From Barthelona sp. PAP020 (lineage: Eukaryota), in the NCBI GenBank assembly GCA_040182905.1, contig JARQWU010000021.1, positions 1 to 64,000 of the forward strand: DNA of 64,000 nucleotides, given 5' to 3'. This document shows positions 50,885 through 61,260 of the stretch, in pieces. The position numbers were made by a program, and so were the translations under genes. Below the pieces are notes generated by a model, which made no database searches, was not told the DNA's origin, and saw only the letters and a list, made by a program, of their open reading frames with translations. The stretch's first letter is position 1, and every line of letters begins with the position of its first letter.

Positions 50885-53800
50885 ATGTTTGAAACAACTG
50901 ATGATTTTCTATGTGACTTATTTGATGTGTTTTCTGCAGATTCAATAGAAACTTTAACTGATGAAAATGGAGAAAAACTGTTTCAATCACAAAAATGTCG
51001 AAAAGTGTTTAAAAATGAGATAGGTTTTCATTGTACAGATTGTGAAATCGATTCTAATTGTATTATTTGCTTTGATTGTATGAAAAATGGAAATCATAAA
51101 GGTCATCGTTTATCTTATGTTCTTGTTAGTGGTGGAACATGTGATTGTGCTGATCCACAGTGTTGGAAACCTGAGGGATGTTGTTCTAAACATCAAATTA
51201 TTCCTTTTGATCGTTTTAAATTTACTGAAGCACAAGAACAGTTGTGTCGAGATTTCTTGTCTGTTTTTTGTTTTCGTGAATTTCCTTCAATAAAGACTTT
51301 TATTGATGAGAATTTTTCACTTGATTTGCTTGGATTGATTTTCAAAGATATAACCGATGAACAATTGTGCAGTTTGATAAATTTTGCTGTTTTTGGATTA
51401 CCTTCAACAGATTGTAAAATTTACCGAAAGAGAGCTGTTTTATCATATAGTTCTCGGAAGATTAGAGAGGATTATGGACGTTTGATTACTTTATTAGCAA
51501 TTGCACCTATTATGAAGGAAAAATTAACAAATAATTTTTTTAATTATGTTTTAAAGCCTTGTAAACCTTCTTCATTTGTATCAATATTAGAATTTGGAAG
51601 TAGTTTCCTTTTTGAATGTATGACTGGTGTAAATTGTAGCAGAAATGCGTTTGTTACTCAACAAATATTGAATATTAGTAAGAAGTTATATTTTCTTGCT
51701 TTAGATATGCCTTTTACACCAAATAGAAATGAATGTATTCCATTTTCTTTGAGTACAGCTGATTGGTATGATTTGATTAGAAAAACAGTGTTAGAAAATG
51801 AAATGATGGTTGCCAGATACTCTCAATACATGGCTTTCATGCTAGAGCAATCGAATGAGTTTGAATACATGTTATTGGATGGTTATATCGATGATTACTT
51901 CAACTACTTGCGGTTGTTTGATTTTTTCGTTGATGTGCCTTTACCATATGTTGAAAATCCTTCTTTAGATCATTTTGGATCAAATGTGTTACTCAGATAT
52001 CCAAGTAATTGTTATTTCTTATTGTATGGAATCACTTCAATGGGATTTAAAAATGATGTGTTTGATACATTCTTTTATATCGATATTGAAAGGAACAAAT
52101 TTGTGAATGATACTGATGAAATAATGCAAAAATTGTATGAGACATTGTTGAAACAATTTGAGATTTTTTTTGAAGATTATGTTGAAATTATGGCGAAGAA
52201 TGATGAACGATTCAATGATTCTGGTATCCTAGATAGTGAAGGAACTGTGAGTGTGCGCTTTTTATTATTGATGTACTTGTACAGCATTTTATTAACATTT
52301 GCTGAGGATTTGGCCAATCAGTTGGTTGAAGAGTTCTTATGTGCTTTTAGAGAGCTAATTTTAAAACAATTCTGTGTTCATTTATACTATTGGTTTTTGT
52401 CCTATGATGATCAATTGAAGTTTGTCATCCAAAAGTTTGTTGGTTCAGTTTTCTTTCATGGTCAATCCTTTTTAATTCATAAATTATATGAATTCGATAA
52501 AGAAACGCTGACAAGTGATGTTTTTAATATTTTCAGCAAAGGAAAGAAATACGGAAACCCAATGTTATGTGATGATGTTGAGTATATTGATGAATACCTT
52601 TCCAGTGAACTTTATGCCACGAATATTGCATTTTGGATTCTAAATACCTGCAACAATATTCAACTCAATACTCTCAATGTTTTAAGATCCGACATATGTG
52701 CATGTTTTGAGTTTGTTAACCGGAATATTGACAGAATAATAAAGAAAGAAGGAAGTTCTGTGGTTGAAATATTGATTCAATGTTATGAAGAGGATAAAAA
52801 GAAAGCTCAAGAGTTAGAGTTACAAGAAATTGCTGACATGCAAATTGACATTGAGATCAAGAAGGAAGAAGAAGATCTTGAAAAGCGAACTGCAGATATG
52901 GAAATAGAACCTAAAGAAGAGGAAGATGGTAATGATGAAATCAATATCACAAATAACACTGAGTCAGAAGCATTAAATGGGGATTTATTTACTCATTTAA
53001 AGTTTAAGAATGATTTTGTGGAGAACGTATGGTTATTCCCAGATCCTTCACCTGTTAATATGAATGTCTTTTTTAAATTATTTGAAAGTGTGGCTAAACA
53101 TGAGGAAAAGGAGGTTTTATTGAAAGCTTTTGATTTTGACCGATTCAATACTGATACGAAAGTTTCACAGGAGAACATTTTGAAAATTTTGAGACGTTTG
53201 GAACATTTGATCACTTCTGATACAGGAATTGAGAAGAAATATTTGATTCTGCAATTGATGTTCTCTGCATATCATTTTTATATGGAAAATAGCTTGAAAG
53301 ATGAAATTATGTTGCTTTTCAGTAAAATTGTTGATAAATTGAAAGATGACATCTTGACACTGTTCTTTGAAACCAATTTTGAGCGTGTCATTGTTAATCA
53401 GAAAATTGATGAAGTTGAAGAGAATGAGATTAAGTTGAAGATCAAGTCTATTCAGGATCAATACATGCAAAGAATGAGTAATTTTAAATTTGACGAATTT
53501 GAAGACCTTTTGGATGATGAAAATGATGAAAATGGAAATATTGATGCTTCTGAAAGTTCTCACTCGTCACTTCATAAAAACATATTTGTTGGGTTACTTT
53601 CCAATGATAATCAGTTAATGTGTCACATATGTAATCAACCAATCAATTTTTATGATGAAACAAAAGGTTATATTGGATGCTCAACAAGAATGATATCTAA
53701 TGAGTATATTTATGAGTTAGAATCGTTGAAGTTTGATAAAATTGCTGTTAGAAATGGGTTGTGTGGTCACTTTACTCATGAACAATGTTATGTTGAGCAT

Positions 53801-55189
53801 GTGAAAGCTTCCATGCCTGAATTATGTTCTTGCCCTACTTGTGGTAAAGGTGGTTTTCCTATATACTTCAAAGGTTTGAAAAGTCACATTATTTCGAACA
53901 AGGTATTGAATTTCTTTGATTTTATCGATAGATTCGTCTTGATTTCATGGGAAAAAGGTAATATCACTAAGATACCCACAAGAGATATTGGCATTGGTAG
54001 ACTGTTGTTATATAATGAGAAAATTGAAGAAAATGATGAACTATTGAAGATTATCCACGAATTTTTTTATTCCCTTGAACAATCACCTGATCAATTGCAT
54101 CAACAAGAACGTTCTTATTTAACAACAATCGTTCATTATTGTCGAGAAAAATTGTTTGATAAGTGTAATGATGGCGTATCAATTGCTCGTTTGTTTAGAC
54201 AAATGTTTGTTTTGCCTGTTTATCTTCAGATTTTCAATGATTTCAATCAGGATATGAGCCAAGACGTGGAAACCGAAGACCAAAACATTGTGAAACTTTT
54301 AAAAATTTTGAATCGTGAATATCAAAAGGATTCCCAACAATCTTTGGAAGAATTGATCGAGCTTTTATTGGATTTGCACCTGATCCCCCAAGATTCTGAA
54401 TTTGCTGCAAATCTTTTTGTTACATTGAACGTTGAACAAAACCCAGATTTCAAATTTGACCTCTCAAATGAAAAAACATTGTTCCGTTTGCCTGATTTCG
54501 TTGGAATCGATAGCTTACCATTATCAATGGAAGACTTGTTTGCCAAACACAATACTACATTTCATCCTGACGATTTACAAAATATTGTTAACCAACCCGC
54601 TTTTTTTGATGTATTTTTACCATGTCCTGCAATGGGTAAGAGTGAAATTATGATTTTCAACAACACCATTGTGAAAGTTCAAAATTCCAAAGATTGGGTT
54701 ATCAATCCTGGCGGTCCTTCATGGGGACATGCCTTTCAATTTGCTTTGTATTGTGAAAGAGATAGGTTATGTTTTTCAAAGGAGTATTTAAAGACTAATC
54801 ATGGTCATATTTTAAATATTAATGCAGTTAAGGATTTGAACCGTTTGCTAGTTGGTGTGATTGACGCTTATAGTTCAAAGTACACGCGAAAATTGGATAC
54901 ATTGTCTGTTGATCGTTTGTTGAGTTCATTGGATCCTAATCGAAGAAATCGATTGGTTGATAATGCTACTGATGATGATGACGTTGTATTCTTGGGATCT
55001 GAAGATGATGAGGTTGAGGAAGAAGAAGAAGAAGATGATGATGATGAAGAAGAAAGAGAAAGAGAAGAAGATGAAGAAGAAAGAGAAGAGTTGGAATTCT
55101 TTGATTCACATAACTTTGAAGAGAATGATGATGAAGATAGATTAGATGCCATTGATTTCTTCTTGCGGTTTTTTGGTGGAAATCTTTAA
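50885..55189 (+). CDS. UBR-box and RING N-recognin E3 ligase (UBR1-like)
   Basis: UBR box C.KVF....FHCTDC..DSNCIICFDC...NHKGH.......GGTCDC.DPQCW..EGCCSKH. Split RING CHIC...CGHFTHEQC...CPTC. The ATG at 50885 is preferred over the TTG at 50627. Confidence 0.88.
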   Translation: MFETTDDFLCDLFDVFSADSIETLTDENGEKLFQSQKCRKVFKNEIGFHCTDCEIDSNCIICFDCMKNGNHKGHRLSYVLVSGGTCDCADPQCWKPEGCCSKHQIIPFDRFKFTEAQEQLCRDFLSVFCFREFPSIKTFIDENFSLDLLGLIFKDITDEQLCSLINFAVFGLPSTDCKIYRKRAVLSYSSRKIREDYGRLITLLAIAPIMKEKLTNNFFNYVLKPCKPSSFVSILEFGSSFLFECMTGVNCSRNAFVTQQILNISKKLYFLALDMPFTPNRNECIPFSLSTADWYDLIRKTVLENEMMVARYSQYMAFMLEQSNEFEYMLLDGYIDDYFNYLRLFDFFVDVPLPYVENPSLDHFGSNVLLRYPSNCYFLLYGITSMGFKNDVFDTFFYIDIERNKFVNDTDEIMQKLYETLLKQFEIFFEDYVEIMAKNDERFNDSGILDSEGTVSVRFLLLMYLYSILLTFAEDLANQLVEEFLCAFRELILKQFCVHLYYWFLSYDDQLKFVIQKFVGSVFFHGQSFLIHKLYEFDKETLTSDVFNIFSKGKKYGNPMLCDDVEYIDEYLSSELYATNIAFWILNTCNNIQLNTLNVLRSDICACFEFVNRNIDRIIKKEGSSVVEILIQCYEEDKKKAQELELQEIADMQIDIEIKKEEEDLEKRTADMEIEPKEEEDGNDEINITNNTESEALNGDLFTHLKFKNDFVENVWLFPDPSPVNMNVFFKLFESVAKHEEKEVLLKAFDFDRFNTDTKVSQENILKILRRLEHLITSDTGIEKKYLILQLMFSAYHFYMENSLKDEIMLLFSKIVDKLKDDILTLFFETNFERVIVNQKIDEVEENEIKLKIKSIQDQYMQRMSNFKFDEFEDLLDDENDENGNIDASESSHSSLHKNIFVGLLSNDNQLMCHICNQPINFYDETKGYIGCSTRMISNEYIYELESLKFDKIAVRNGLCGHFTHEQCYVEHVKASMPELCSCPTCGKGGFPIYFKGLKSHIISNKVLNFFDFIDRFVLISWEKGNITKIPTRDIGIGRLLLYNEKIEENDELLKIIHEFFYSLEQSPDQLHQQERSYLTTIVHYCREKLFDKCNDGVSIARLFRQMFVLPVYLQIFNDFNQDMSQDVETEDQNIVKLLKILNREYQKDSQQSLEELIELLLDLHLIPQDSEFAANLFVTLNVEQNPDFKFDLSNEKTLFRLPDFVGIDSLPLSMEDLFAKHNTTFHPDDLQNIVNQPAFFDVFLPCPAMGKSEIMIFNNTIVKVQNSKDWVINPGGPSWGHAFQFALYCERDRLCFSKEYLKTNHGHILNINAVKDLNRLLVGVIDAYSSKYTRKLDTLSVDRLLSSLDPNRRNRLVDNATDDDDVVFLGSEDDEVEEEEEEDDDDEEEREREEDEEEREELEFFDSHNFEENDDEDRLDAIDFFLRFFGGNL

Positions 55190-55319
55190 TTTTTTATAAA
55201 CGTGTAGTCTTTTTGTTTTTAATTGTTTAAATATTGAAAGTTTTTCGCTTGATGTGATAAAGCAATATCAAAAAAAAAAACCTTTTTCATTTTATTTATT
55301 TTTTCATTTTATTTGCATA

Positions 55320-55722
55320 ATGGCAAGTATGAATCGATTATATTTATCATTACTAACTAAATTTAGAATCTAGGTTGGTGTCAGGATTGATATCTTTCTT
55401 GTTTCAAGGGATTATTATTGTTTGTTCATTGTTGATCAAACCCTTTTTACAAAAAGATCCTTTACCATTATGTGGTGGATTGTTTGGTGGAGCTTTTTTC
55501 TTTTTCTGTTTTACCATGTTATTCAATTTAATGCAAAAAGTCAATATTTATAACATTGCTATTTCTGTATTTTGTAGTGCTATTGTAGGAGGTTTAATCC
55601 ATCCTATTGCCATTTCATCCACTATTATGGTGGATGTTGCAATTATAGTGTTTTTGTATTTTAAAACTGGAAATAAAAAAGAAATTTCAACACCAAAGAA
55701 TAAAAAATCTAAAAGTAATTAG
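55320..55722 (+). CDS. KRTCAP2: KRTCAP2/KCP2-like small membrane protein (OST accessory); exons 55320-55326 and 55367-55722
   Basis: A 7-nt first exon (ATG GCA A) splices to give MAKSRLVSG... Motifs GGLFGG.FFFF.FTM.FN and GGLIHPIAISST resemble KRTCAP2. The C-terminus is basic (KKSKSN). Confidence 0.72.
55327..55366 (+). other. 40-nt spliceosomal intron
   Basis: GTATGAATCGATTATATTTATCATTACTAACTAAATTTAG, with TACTAAC. Splicing supplies the missing ATG in frame. Confidence 0.88.
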
Positions 55723-55943
55723 GAATGTCATTTAGAATTTGTTTTCATTAAAGGAATTGTGGGTAAATATAACAATATTTTTTTTTTTAGTGTGGTTGAA
55801 ATCACATTCTTTTCATTAACCGTAAATTTTTGAGTTTATATTGAAGAAAATAGCACAATTATGCTGCTAAAGTTATTTCATGATTGTTTTTTTTGAAACT
55901 GAACCAAAGCAATTTTTTTTTTTTAATTAGTATATTTTGAATA

Positions 55944-56600
55944 ATGAGTAATTTCCAACGACAATCTCTTTTAATAACTTCTGGAAGTGGAATATCCGCA
56001 CAAATTCGACATTTTATTGAGGATTTAAGTTCATTAATTCCTCATGCGAAAAAACACCCGAAATTAAAAAAAGGGGAACCAATTCAAATTATTAATGAGA
56101 TTTCACAATTGAAAAATACTAATACAGATTTCTTTTTTGATACAAACAAACAAAATGAGAATTATCTATGGATATCTAAAACCCCAAATGGACCATGTGT
56201 ACAATTCCAAATGTTTAATATATATACATTATCTGAGATGAAATTGGCTGGTAATTGTTTGAACGGCTCCAGAGCTTTGTTGACTTTTGACAAGAATTTT
56301 GATTCTACTCCACATTTGACAGTGATTAAAGGATTATTAACACATGCATTTGGTATTCCAGACAGACATAGAAAGGTTAAATCATTCATTGACCACATAA
56401 TGAGCTTTTATGTGATAGATGACCTTATTTATATTAGATTTTATCAAATTATGGATTTAGAGATTAATCCCCATCTTCAAGATATCGAAAAATCTGAATT
56501 AACGGAAATCGGACCAAGGTGTTGTTTAAAACCATTGCAAATATTTGCAGGATCTTTCTTCGGATCTGTTTTATGGGATGCTAATGAGTCATCAATTTAA
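55944..56600 (+). CDS. BRX1: Brix-domain protein, Brx1 paralogue A (short C-terminus)
   Basis: YLWISKTPNGP, ELTEIGPR, GNCLNGSR.LL.FD..FD..PH and FIDH. Confidence 0.88.
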   Translation: MSNFQRQSLLITSGSGISAQIRHFIEDLSSLIPHAKKHPKLKKGEPIQIINEISQLKNTNTDFFFDTNKQNENYLWISKTPNGPCVQFQMFNIYTLSEMKLAGNCLNGSRALLTFDKNFDSTPHLTVIKGLLTHAFGIPDRHRKVKSFIDHIMSFYVIDDLIYIRFYQIMDLEINPHLQDIEKSELTEIGPRCCLKPLQIFAGSFFGSVLWDANESSI

Positions 56601-56667
56601 TTTAACGATTTTTATAGTCTTTATAAATTTTTTTTAAGGAATTTTCTTTTTTCATTATTATTTTCAT

Positions 56668-57441
56668 ATGAACGAATTTCCACGTCAACGATTGTTAACA
56701 GCTGCAGGTAGTGGTATTAGTACTCATTTTCACCACCTGTTGGATGACTTTAAGAAAATTTTACCTCACACAAAAAAGGAAAACAAAATTGAAAAAAGAG
56801 ACAGATACAAAACAATCAAGGAACTTTCGGAATTGTATCGTGTTAATTGTACTCTTCTTTTTGAATCAAGAAAAAGAATGGATGATTATTTATGGGTTTC
56901 AAAAACAAATGGACCTTCGGTAAAGTTTCAAATTCATGATATCGTTACTTTGAGGGATATTCGTTTGACAGGAAATTGTCTAAAGGGATCTCGTGCTGTT
57001 TTATCATTTGATGCTAATTTCGATTCTTCTCCACATTGGCAAGTGATAAAAGGATTATTTATTCAAGCGTTTGGAATTCCTGAGAGACAAGCAAATGTCA
57101 AACCTTTCATTGATCATATTCTCAGTTTTCATATTGTTGATGGTTTTATTTACATGAGAAATTTTCAAATGACTGAACCCGATGGACCTTCTAAGCAAAG
57201 TGAGCTCATTGAAATCGGTCCCAGATGTAGAATGGAGCCAATTAAAATTTTGGCCCAATCTTTCAGTGGTGAAACTCTTTGGAAGAATGGAAGTTACGTC
57301 ACTCCTAATACCATTCGTCAGGAAGAACGAAAATCAATGAAAGATCTTTATGTGAACAAAAAAGTCCAAGTTTTAAAAAGAAAGAAACATCTTGAAGAAA
57401 ATCCAGCCCCTGTGGATGAAATTAGTCAAATTTTTAAGTAA
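56668..57441 (+). CDS. BRX1: Brix-domain protein, Brx1 paralogue B (full length)
   Basis: FESRKRMDDYLW, GNCLKGSR, KPFIDH, ELIEIGPR and SFSGETLWKNGSYVTPN. Confidence 0.92.
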   Translation: MNEFPRQRLLTAAGSGISTHFHHLLDDFKKILPHTKKENKIEKRDRYKTIKELSELYRVNCTLLFESRKRMDDYLWVSKTNGPSVKFQIHDIVTLRDIRLTGNCLKGSRAVLSFDANFDSSPHWQVIKGLFIQAFGIPERQANVKPFIDHILSFHIVDGFIYMRNFQMTEPDGPSKQSELIEIGPRCRMEPIKILAQSFSGETLWKNGSYVTPNTIRQEERKSMKDLYVNKKVQVLKRKKHLEENPAPVDEISQIFK

Positions 57442-57556
57442 TAAACGAACATATTTATATTTATTCAGAAAAGTCTTTTTTTTTATAGACACAATAATTT
57501 ATTGAGAGATCAAAATTGTATTTGACGCCATATTCATGTGAGAAGGATATAGCAAA

Positions 57557-57828
57557 TCATTGAGAACGTGTCATTTCATGGAAAAGATGTAACATGAATT
57601 GGTCAACTCTTTGTAAATAACTTGCTTGATTGGTCTTAAAGGTTATCGTCTAAAAATTAGATTGTGAAATCAATGAATGCATCAAACCACTACATCATTA
57701 GTTGCTTTTAGAGCAAATTTTCCTTCTTTGTGTCTGTATTTTGTTGAATATCTAAATTTTAATGGATCATCTTGATACATTGCCTCAGCAGCGTCACAAA
57801 ATTGTTCCAAATCAGCAATTAAAACCAT
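57557..57828 (-). CDS. SRP9: Signal recognition particle 9-kDa subunit; exons 57828-57688 and 57649-57557
   Basis: Spliced product MVLIADLEQFCDAAEAMYQDDPLKFRYSTKYRHKEGKFALKATNDVV|TITFKTNQASYLQRVDQFMLHLFHEMTRSQ* (77 aa). Confidence 0.9.
57650..57687 (-). other. 38-nt spliceosomal intron in SRP9
   Basis: Minus strand reads GTTTGATGCATTCATTGATTTCACAATCTAATTTTTAG, with a CTAAT branch motif and an in-frame TGA. Confidence 0.9.
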
Positions 57829-57907
57829 ATAAAACAATAAAAACTTTAATGTTAAAAAATCGTACAAAGAACAAAAAAACAAAGAAAATTGTTAAAAACC
57901 AATAATA

Positions 57908-58744
57908 GTGGATGATTTATACGTTATTGAAAGTCAAAAAATCGACAACGACCTGGAAAATTTACAGAATGAAAATTTTGAACGATTACAAGCTCAAAGA
58001 GATATAAGGGAAGATGCTTTAATAAAAAGTAATAATTTAAACAATCAAATGAGAATTGACAAGTCTGAAATATCAAGAGTTGAAATAATTTGTGCTGAGC
58101 TAAACAAAGAAATTCAAGTTACTGAAGAATTGAATTCAGTTGTGCAAGAATTATCTTTTGATATTGTTGAAAGAATGTCTGAAACCTTTGAGACATTTAT
58201 TAGAACTTTAAGTGATAGTGATTATGATGTCACAAATGTTTCCAATATTTCTCCTATAGTTGATGTTTCAGAAGTTGAATTAAAAGTTTATGAAGACATA
58301 ATGCAATCTAAAGATCGTATTTTGACCGAATCATATTTATACTTATTATCTTTAAGTTTATTGCCACATTGTTGTTCTTTTTATCCAGGTATTCATAGAT
58401 ATGATTATTTTTATAAATATCTGCCAAACTGTTTGGAAAATATTGACAAGATTATTGATATTTTGTTGGATTTCTTTGTGAGGCATTATGTTAATTCTAT
58501 AACTCCTTGTGTTCCTTCAATTTGTCAAAAATTTAGTGAAAATTTATCAAGGATAAAGAATTTTGAAGAGTACATGATCAGTATTCATAACAGATTCAAG
58601 AGTAGTCAAATAAGAATAAAAGAATGCACAAATAAATCATTAAAATATTTATTAACCCAAAAATACAATGAATCTGTTGATATCATGAACACACAACTTC
58701 AAAACAAAATACAATTACATAAAATGGAAGTATTACCACCATGA
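57908..58744 (+). CDS. Hypothetical protein, start uncertain
   Basis: 278-codon open frame starting at a GTG, with a coiled-coil N-terminal half. The first in-frame ATG is at 58049. Confidence 0.6.
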   Translation: MDDLYVIESQKIDNDLENLQNENFERLQAQRDIREDALIKSNNLNNQMRIDKSEISRVEIICAELNKEIQVTEELNSVVQELSFDIVERMSETFETFIRTLSDSDYDVTNVSNISPIVDVSEVELKVYEDIMQSKDRILTESYLYLLSLSLLPHCCSFYPGIHRYDYFYKYLPNCLENIDKIIDILLDFFVRHYVNSITPCVPSICQKFSENLSRIKNFEEYMISIHNRFKSSQIRIKECTNKSLKYLLTQKYNESVDIMNTQLQNKIQLHKMEVLPP

Positions 58745-58758
58745 AACACCAATATTGA

Positions 58759-60453
58759 TCAAAGTAATGTAGCCAATTGTTGAGTTAACAAAGAAACCAA
58801 TTCCTTCGCCAAATTACCCTGTTCTTTATATTTCACCCAATTGTACTTTTCAATTAAAGAAATTAATTGATTGTACGCTTGAATTCCTTGATAAATAAAT
58901 TTAGCCTTGATTTGATGATTGTTTGTTTCCATGTGAGTAAACAGATTAGCGACATTGAACAAAGCATTAATTAAAGGGGCAATCATATCATCGTCCACTG
59001 GACAGTCATTTTCAATAAGTGAAGGGTTTCTATCTTCCAAAACGCTCTTTACAAAATATTGAAAATGATGAATAGAGCTTAAAGCCAATTGATTTGTTTT
59101 TTCAACTGGTTGATTTTGGTAACTTTTGAAGTAGTACAATTGCAAAAGCGCATCAGCACAATCGACAGATAGAACACGAACTTCATCCAAAAAATACTGT
59201 GGATTTAATTGATTATACACTGCTTCAAGACTATTGACCCTTCTTCTCAAATACTTACACTTCACATTAACATCCCTCTCGACAAAAGAACAGTCAAGAT
59301 AACCATCAGCAATCTCTTTTGAAATGCGTACATTTTCCATTGCAAATGAATCAAGTGTAAAAAATTTTAGCGCTTTTGCTGAAGATTTTAAAGCCATAGA
59401 CAAATGAGATTTTGCCATCATTTCATCAACTTCTTGAACAACATCAATACAAGCCATGCTTCGCTCAATAAGAGAAGGTATTGTTTTATTGACATCATTA
59501 CTGCATCGATTGATTATTTGTTCTTTTAACTTTGTTAACTGTTCCAATTCCATTCGTGCCCTGGTCATGTGAATATTGGCAATGGCAATTTGTGTCTTTT
59601 CGCTGTCATCATCCAAAAGTGGTTGTATAACTTCCTCTGCTTCATTCATTAAATCTTCACACAATGAAAAATCTGTTTCAGCAAAAACTGTTGCAAGATT
59701 TAAAGCATTGTCCACCCATTCACGACGATCAAATCCTTTGGTAAATTCTCGTTGTCTTCTCAATGTTTCAAGCATTCTTTCTGCCGCATCTTTACTCTTT
59801 CCAGCTTGCATTAATGCTTGACCTTGACAAAACAGGAGTGTAGTGTATGCATTTTCTAAATCCAATTGACTCACTTCGGGAAAATTGCCAATTGACAACG
59901 TCTCCCAATCTTCATATATTTCAATACCTTTAGAAAGTTGATCCATAGTGAATTCACTGTCTTCAATGGAAAACCTTGCAATACCAAAACTTGTTACAAA
60001 CTTCATGAAATTAAAGGCAACATATTTAGTGTCCAAATGATTTCTCAATTGGGGGATAACAAAATCAAAAATTCTACATCCACGCGTTAATTCTTCAGTT
60101 GTAAGATAAACCAATGAAATCTTTCCCATTAAAACAAAAAACAGAACTTGAACATCTGCACATGTTTCATCTAACTGACATTGAGGTGCCATGAGGATAT
60201 CTAACAGATATGACATGGCACAAATCATCAAATCTCTTGCTTGATAGTGAAACTTATAAATCTGTTTTTGAGGTTGAGGTTGCTCTGCAATTTCATCAGC
60301 TCGATTCATTATTGTAATAATGTAGGCATTAATCACCTCAGCAGTATCGATTAATGGTCGATTGAATTCTTCATCAAAAATCTCTCTGTTTGGTTTGGAA
60401 ATATATTTCAATGCTTCTTCAATTCCTTTAAAAACATCCTTTGAAAACAACAT
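58759..60453 (-). CDS. KIFBP: KIF-binding protein (KBP) homologue
   Basis: YTTLLFCQGQAL....K.KDAAE...ETLRRQ......DRREWVDNALNLA and RRRVNSLE.VY.QLNPQYF match the KBP C-terminal domain as I remember it. Confidence 0.82.
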   Translation of the reverse strand: MLFSKDVFKGIEEALKYISKPNREIFDEEFNRPLIDTAEVINAYIITIMNRADEIAEQPQPQKQIYKFHYQARDLMICAMSYLLDILMAPQCQLDETCADVQVLFFVLMGKISLVYLTTEELTRGCRIFDFVIPQLRNHLDTKYVAFNFMKFVTSFGIARFSIEDSEFTMDQLSKGIEIYEDWETLSIGNFPEVSQLDLENAYTTLLFCQGQALMQAGKSKDAAERMLETLRRQREFTKGFDRREWVDNALNLATVFAETDFSLCEDLMNEAEEVIQPLLDDDSEKTQIAIANIHMTRARMELEQLTKLKEQIINRCSNDVNKTIPSLIERSMACIDVVQEVDEMMAKSHLSMALKSSAKALKFFTLDSFAMENVRISKEIADGYLDCSFVERDVNVKCKYLRRRVNSLEAVYNQLNPQYFLDEVRVLSVDCADALLQLYYFKSYQNQPVEKTNQLALSSIHHFQYFVKSVLEDRNPSLIENDCPVDDDMIAPLINALFNVANLFTHMETNNHQIKAKFIYQGIQAYNQLISLIEKYNWVKYKEQGNLAKELVSLLTQQLATLL

Positions 60454-60502
60454 TGCAAAATTTGACAAAACAAACACAAAAACTTTTTTCAGTTTGTTTT
60501 CG

Positions 60503-61213
60503 ATGGGAAATCACAAAACTTTATTAAAATTAATCGAAAAAGCCAAAGAAAACAACGATTCTTACAATTTGGAGCAAAGATTAAGACAGTTAAGCAACAG
60601 AGTTGAACCTCAAATTGCTCATGATATTTACCTCAGTTATTTGCCGTTTTTCTTTGAAACCCATGATTATATTGCATTGAAGCGACTACTATGCAGTTTT
60701 GAAAATATTGTTAAAAATGTTGAATCACATTTTGAAACTATCGAATTTTTTTCAAAAGTAACGACACAATTGGAGGATATCGAACTGTTATCATGTATTG
60801 AAAACATTATTAATTCATTAAAATGTGACCATTTTACAAAAGATATCACTTTATTGGGTTGGTTTCAAATGAATAAATGTGTGGGAAAAATTGCAAGAAC
60901 TATCCTCCAATATTTACAAACAAATGGAATTGGTTTCACATATATTGATTCCCTCTTTGAATTATGGGAAGAAAAACACAACAAAAAAGAAGCTGAATTA
61001 ATGATTGTCAAGTTATTTGTCAAAGGAAGTCAAGCACCTTCAACAGAAATTGATCAGCTTTATGAAACTTGCCTAAGATTGCTTAGTTCTCCTTATTCAG
61101 ACTTTTTACAGTGTTATTATATTGCTTGTAACATTGGCGTGGATGATATAATCGAAAAAATTAAATCTCATTATCACCCACTTTTTGTGTTGGACAATAA
61201 ATTCTTTTCGTAA
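60503..61213 (+). CDS. Hypothetical helical protein, possibly a very divergent Get4
   Basis: ATG at 60503; the longer track ORF overlaps KBP. The N-terminus LIEKAKENNDSYNLEQRLRQLSNR loosely resembles Get4 (G.YYEAHQ..R....RY). Confidence 0.5.
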   Translation: MGNHKTLLKLIEKAKENNDSYNLEQRLRQLSNRVEPQIAHDIYLSYLPFFFETHDYIALKRLLCSFENIVKNVESHFETIEFFSKVTTQLEDIELLSCIENIINSLKCDHFTKDITLLGWFQMNKCVGKIARTILQYLQTNGIGFTYIDSLFELWEEKHNKKEAELMIVKLFVKGSQAPSTEIDQLYETCLRLLSSPYSDFLQCYYIACNIGVDDIIEKIKSHYHPLFVLDNKFFS

Positions 61214-61260
61214 TTCATCTTTGTTTTTTACTATAGTTATTTTTTAAAGTTTATTGAGAA

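Noticed and set aside
10969..57441. Apparent functional cluster of ribosome-biogenesis genes (Utp13, Nog2, Rio1, Brx1), and of importin-alpha with CSE1
   Set aside because: The genes are dispersed among unrelated ones on both strands. This density is expected in a compact genome rich in housekeeping genes.
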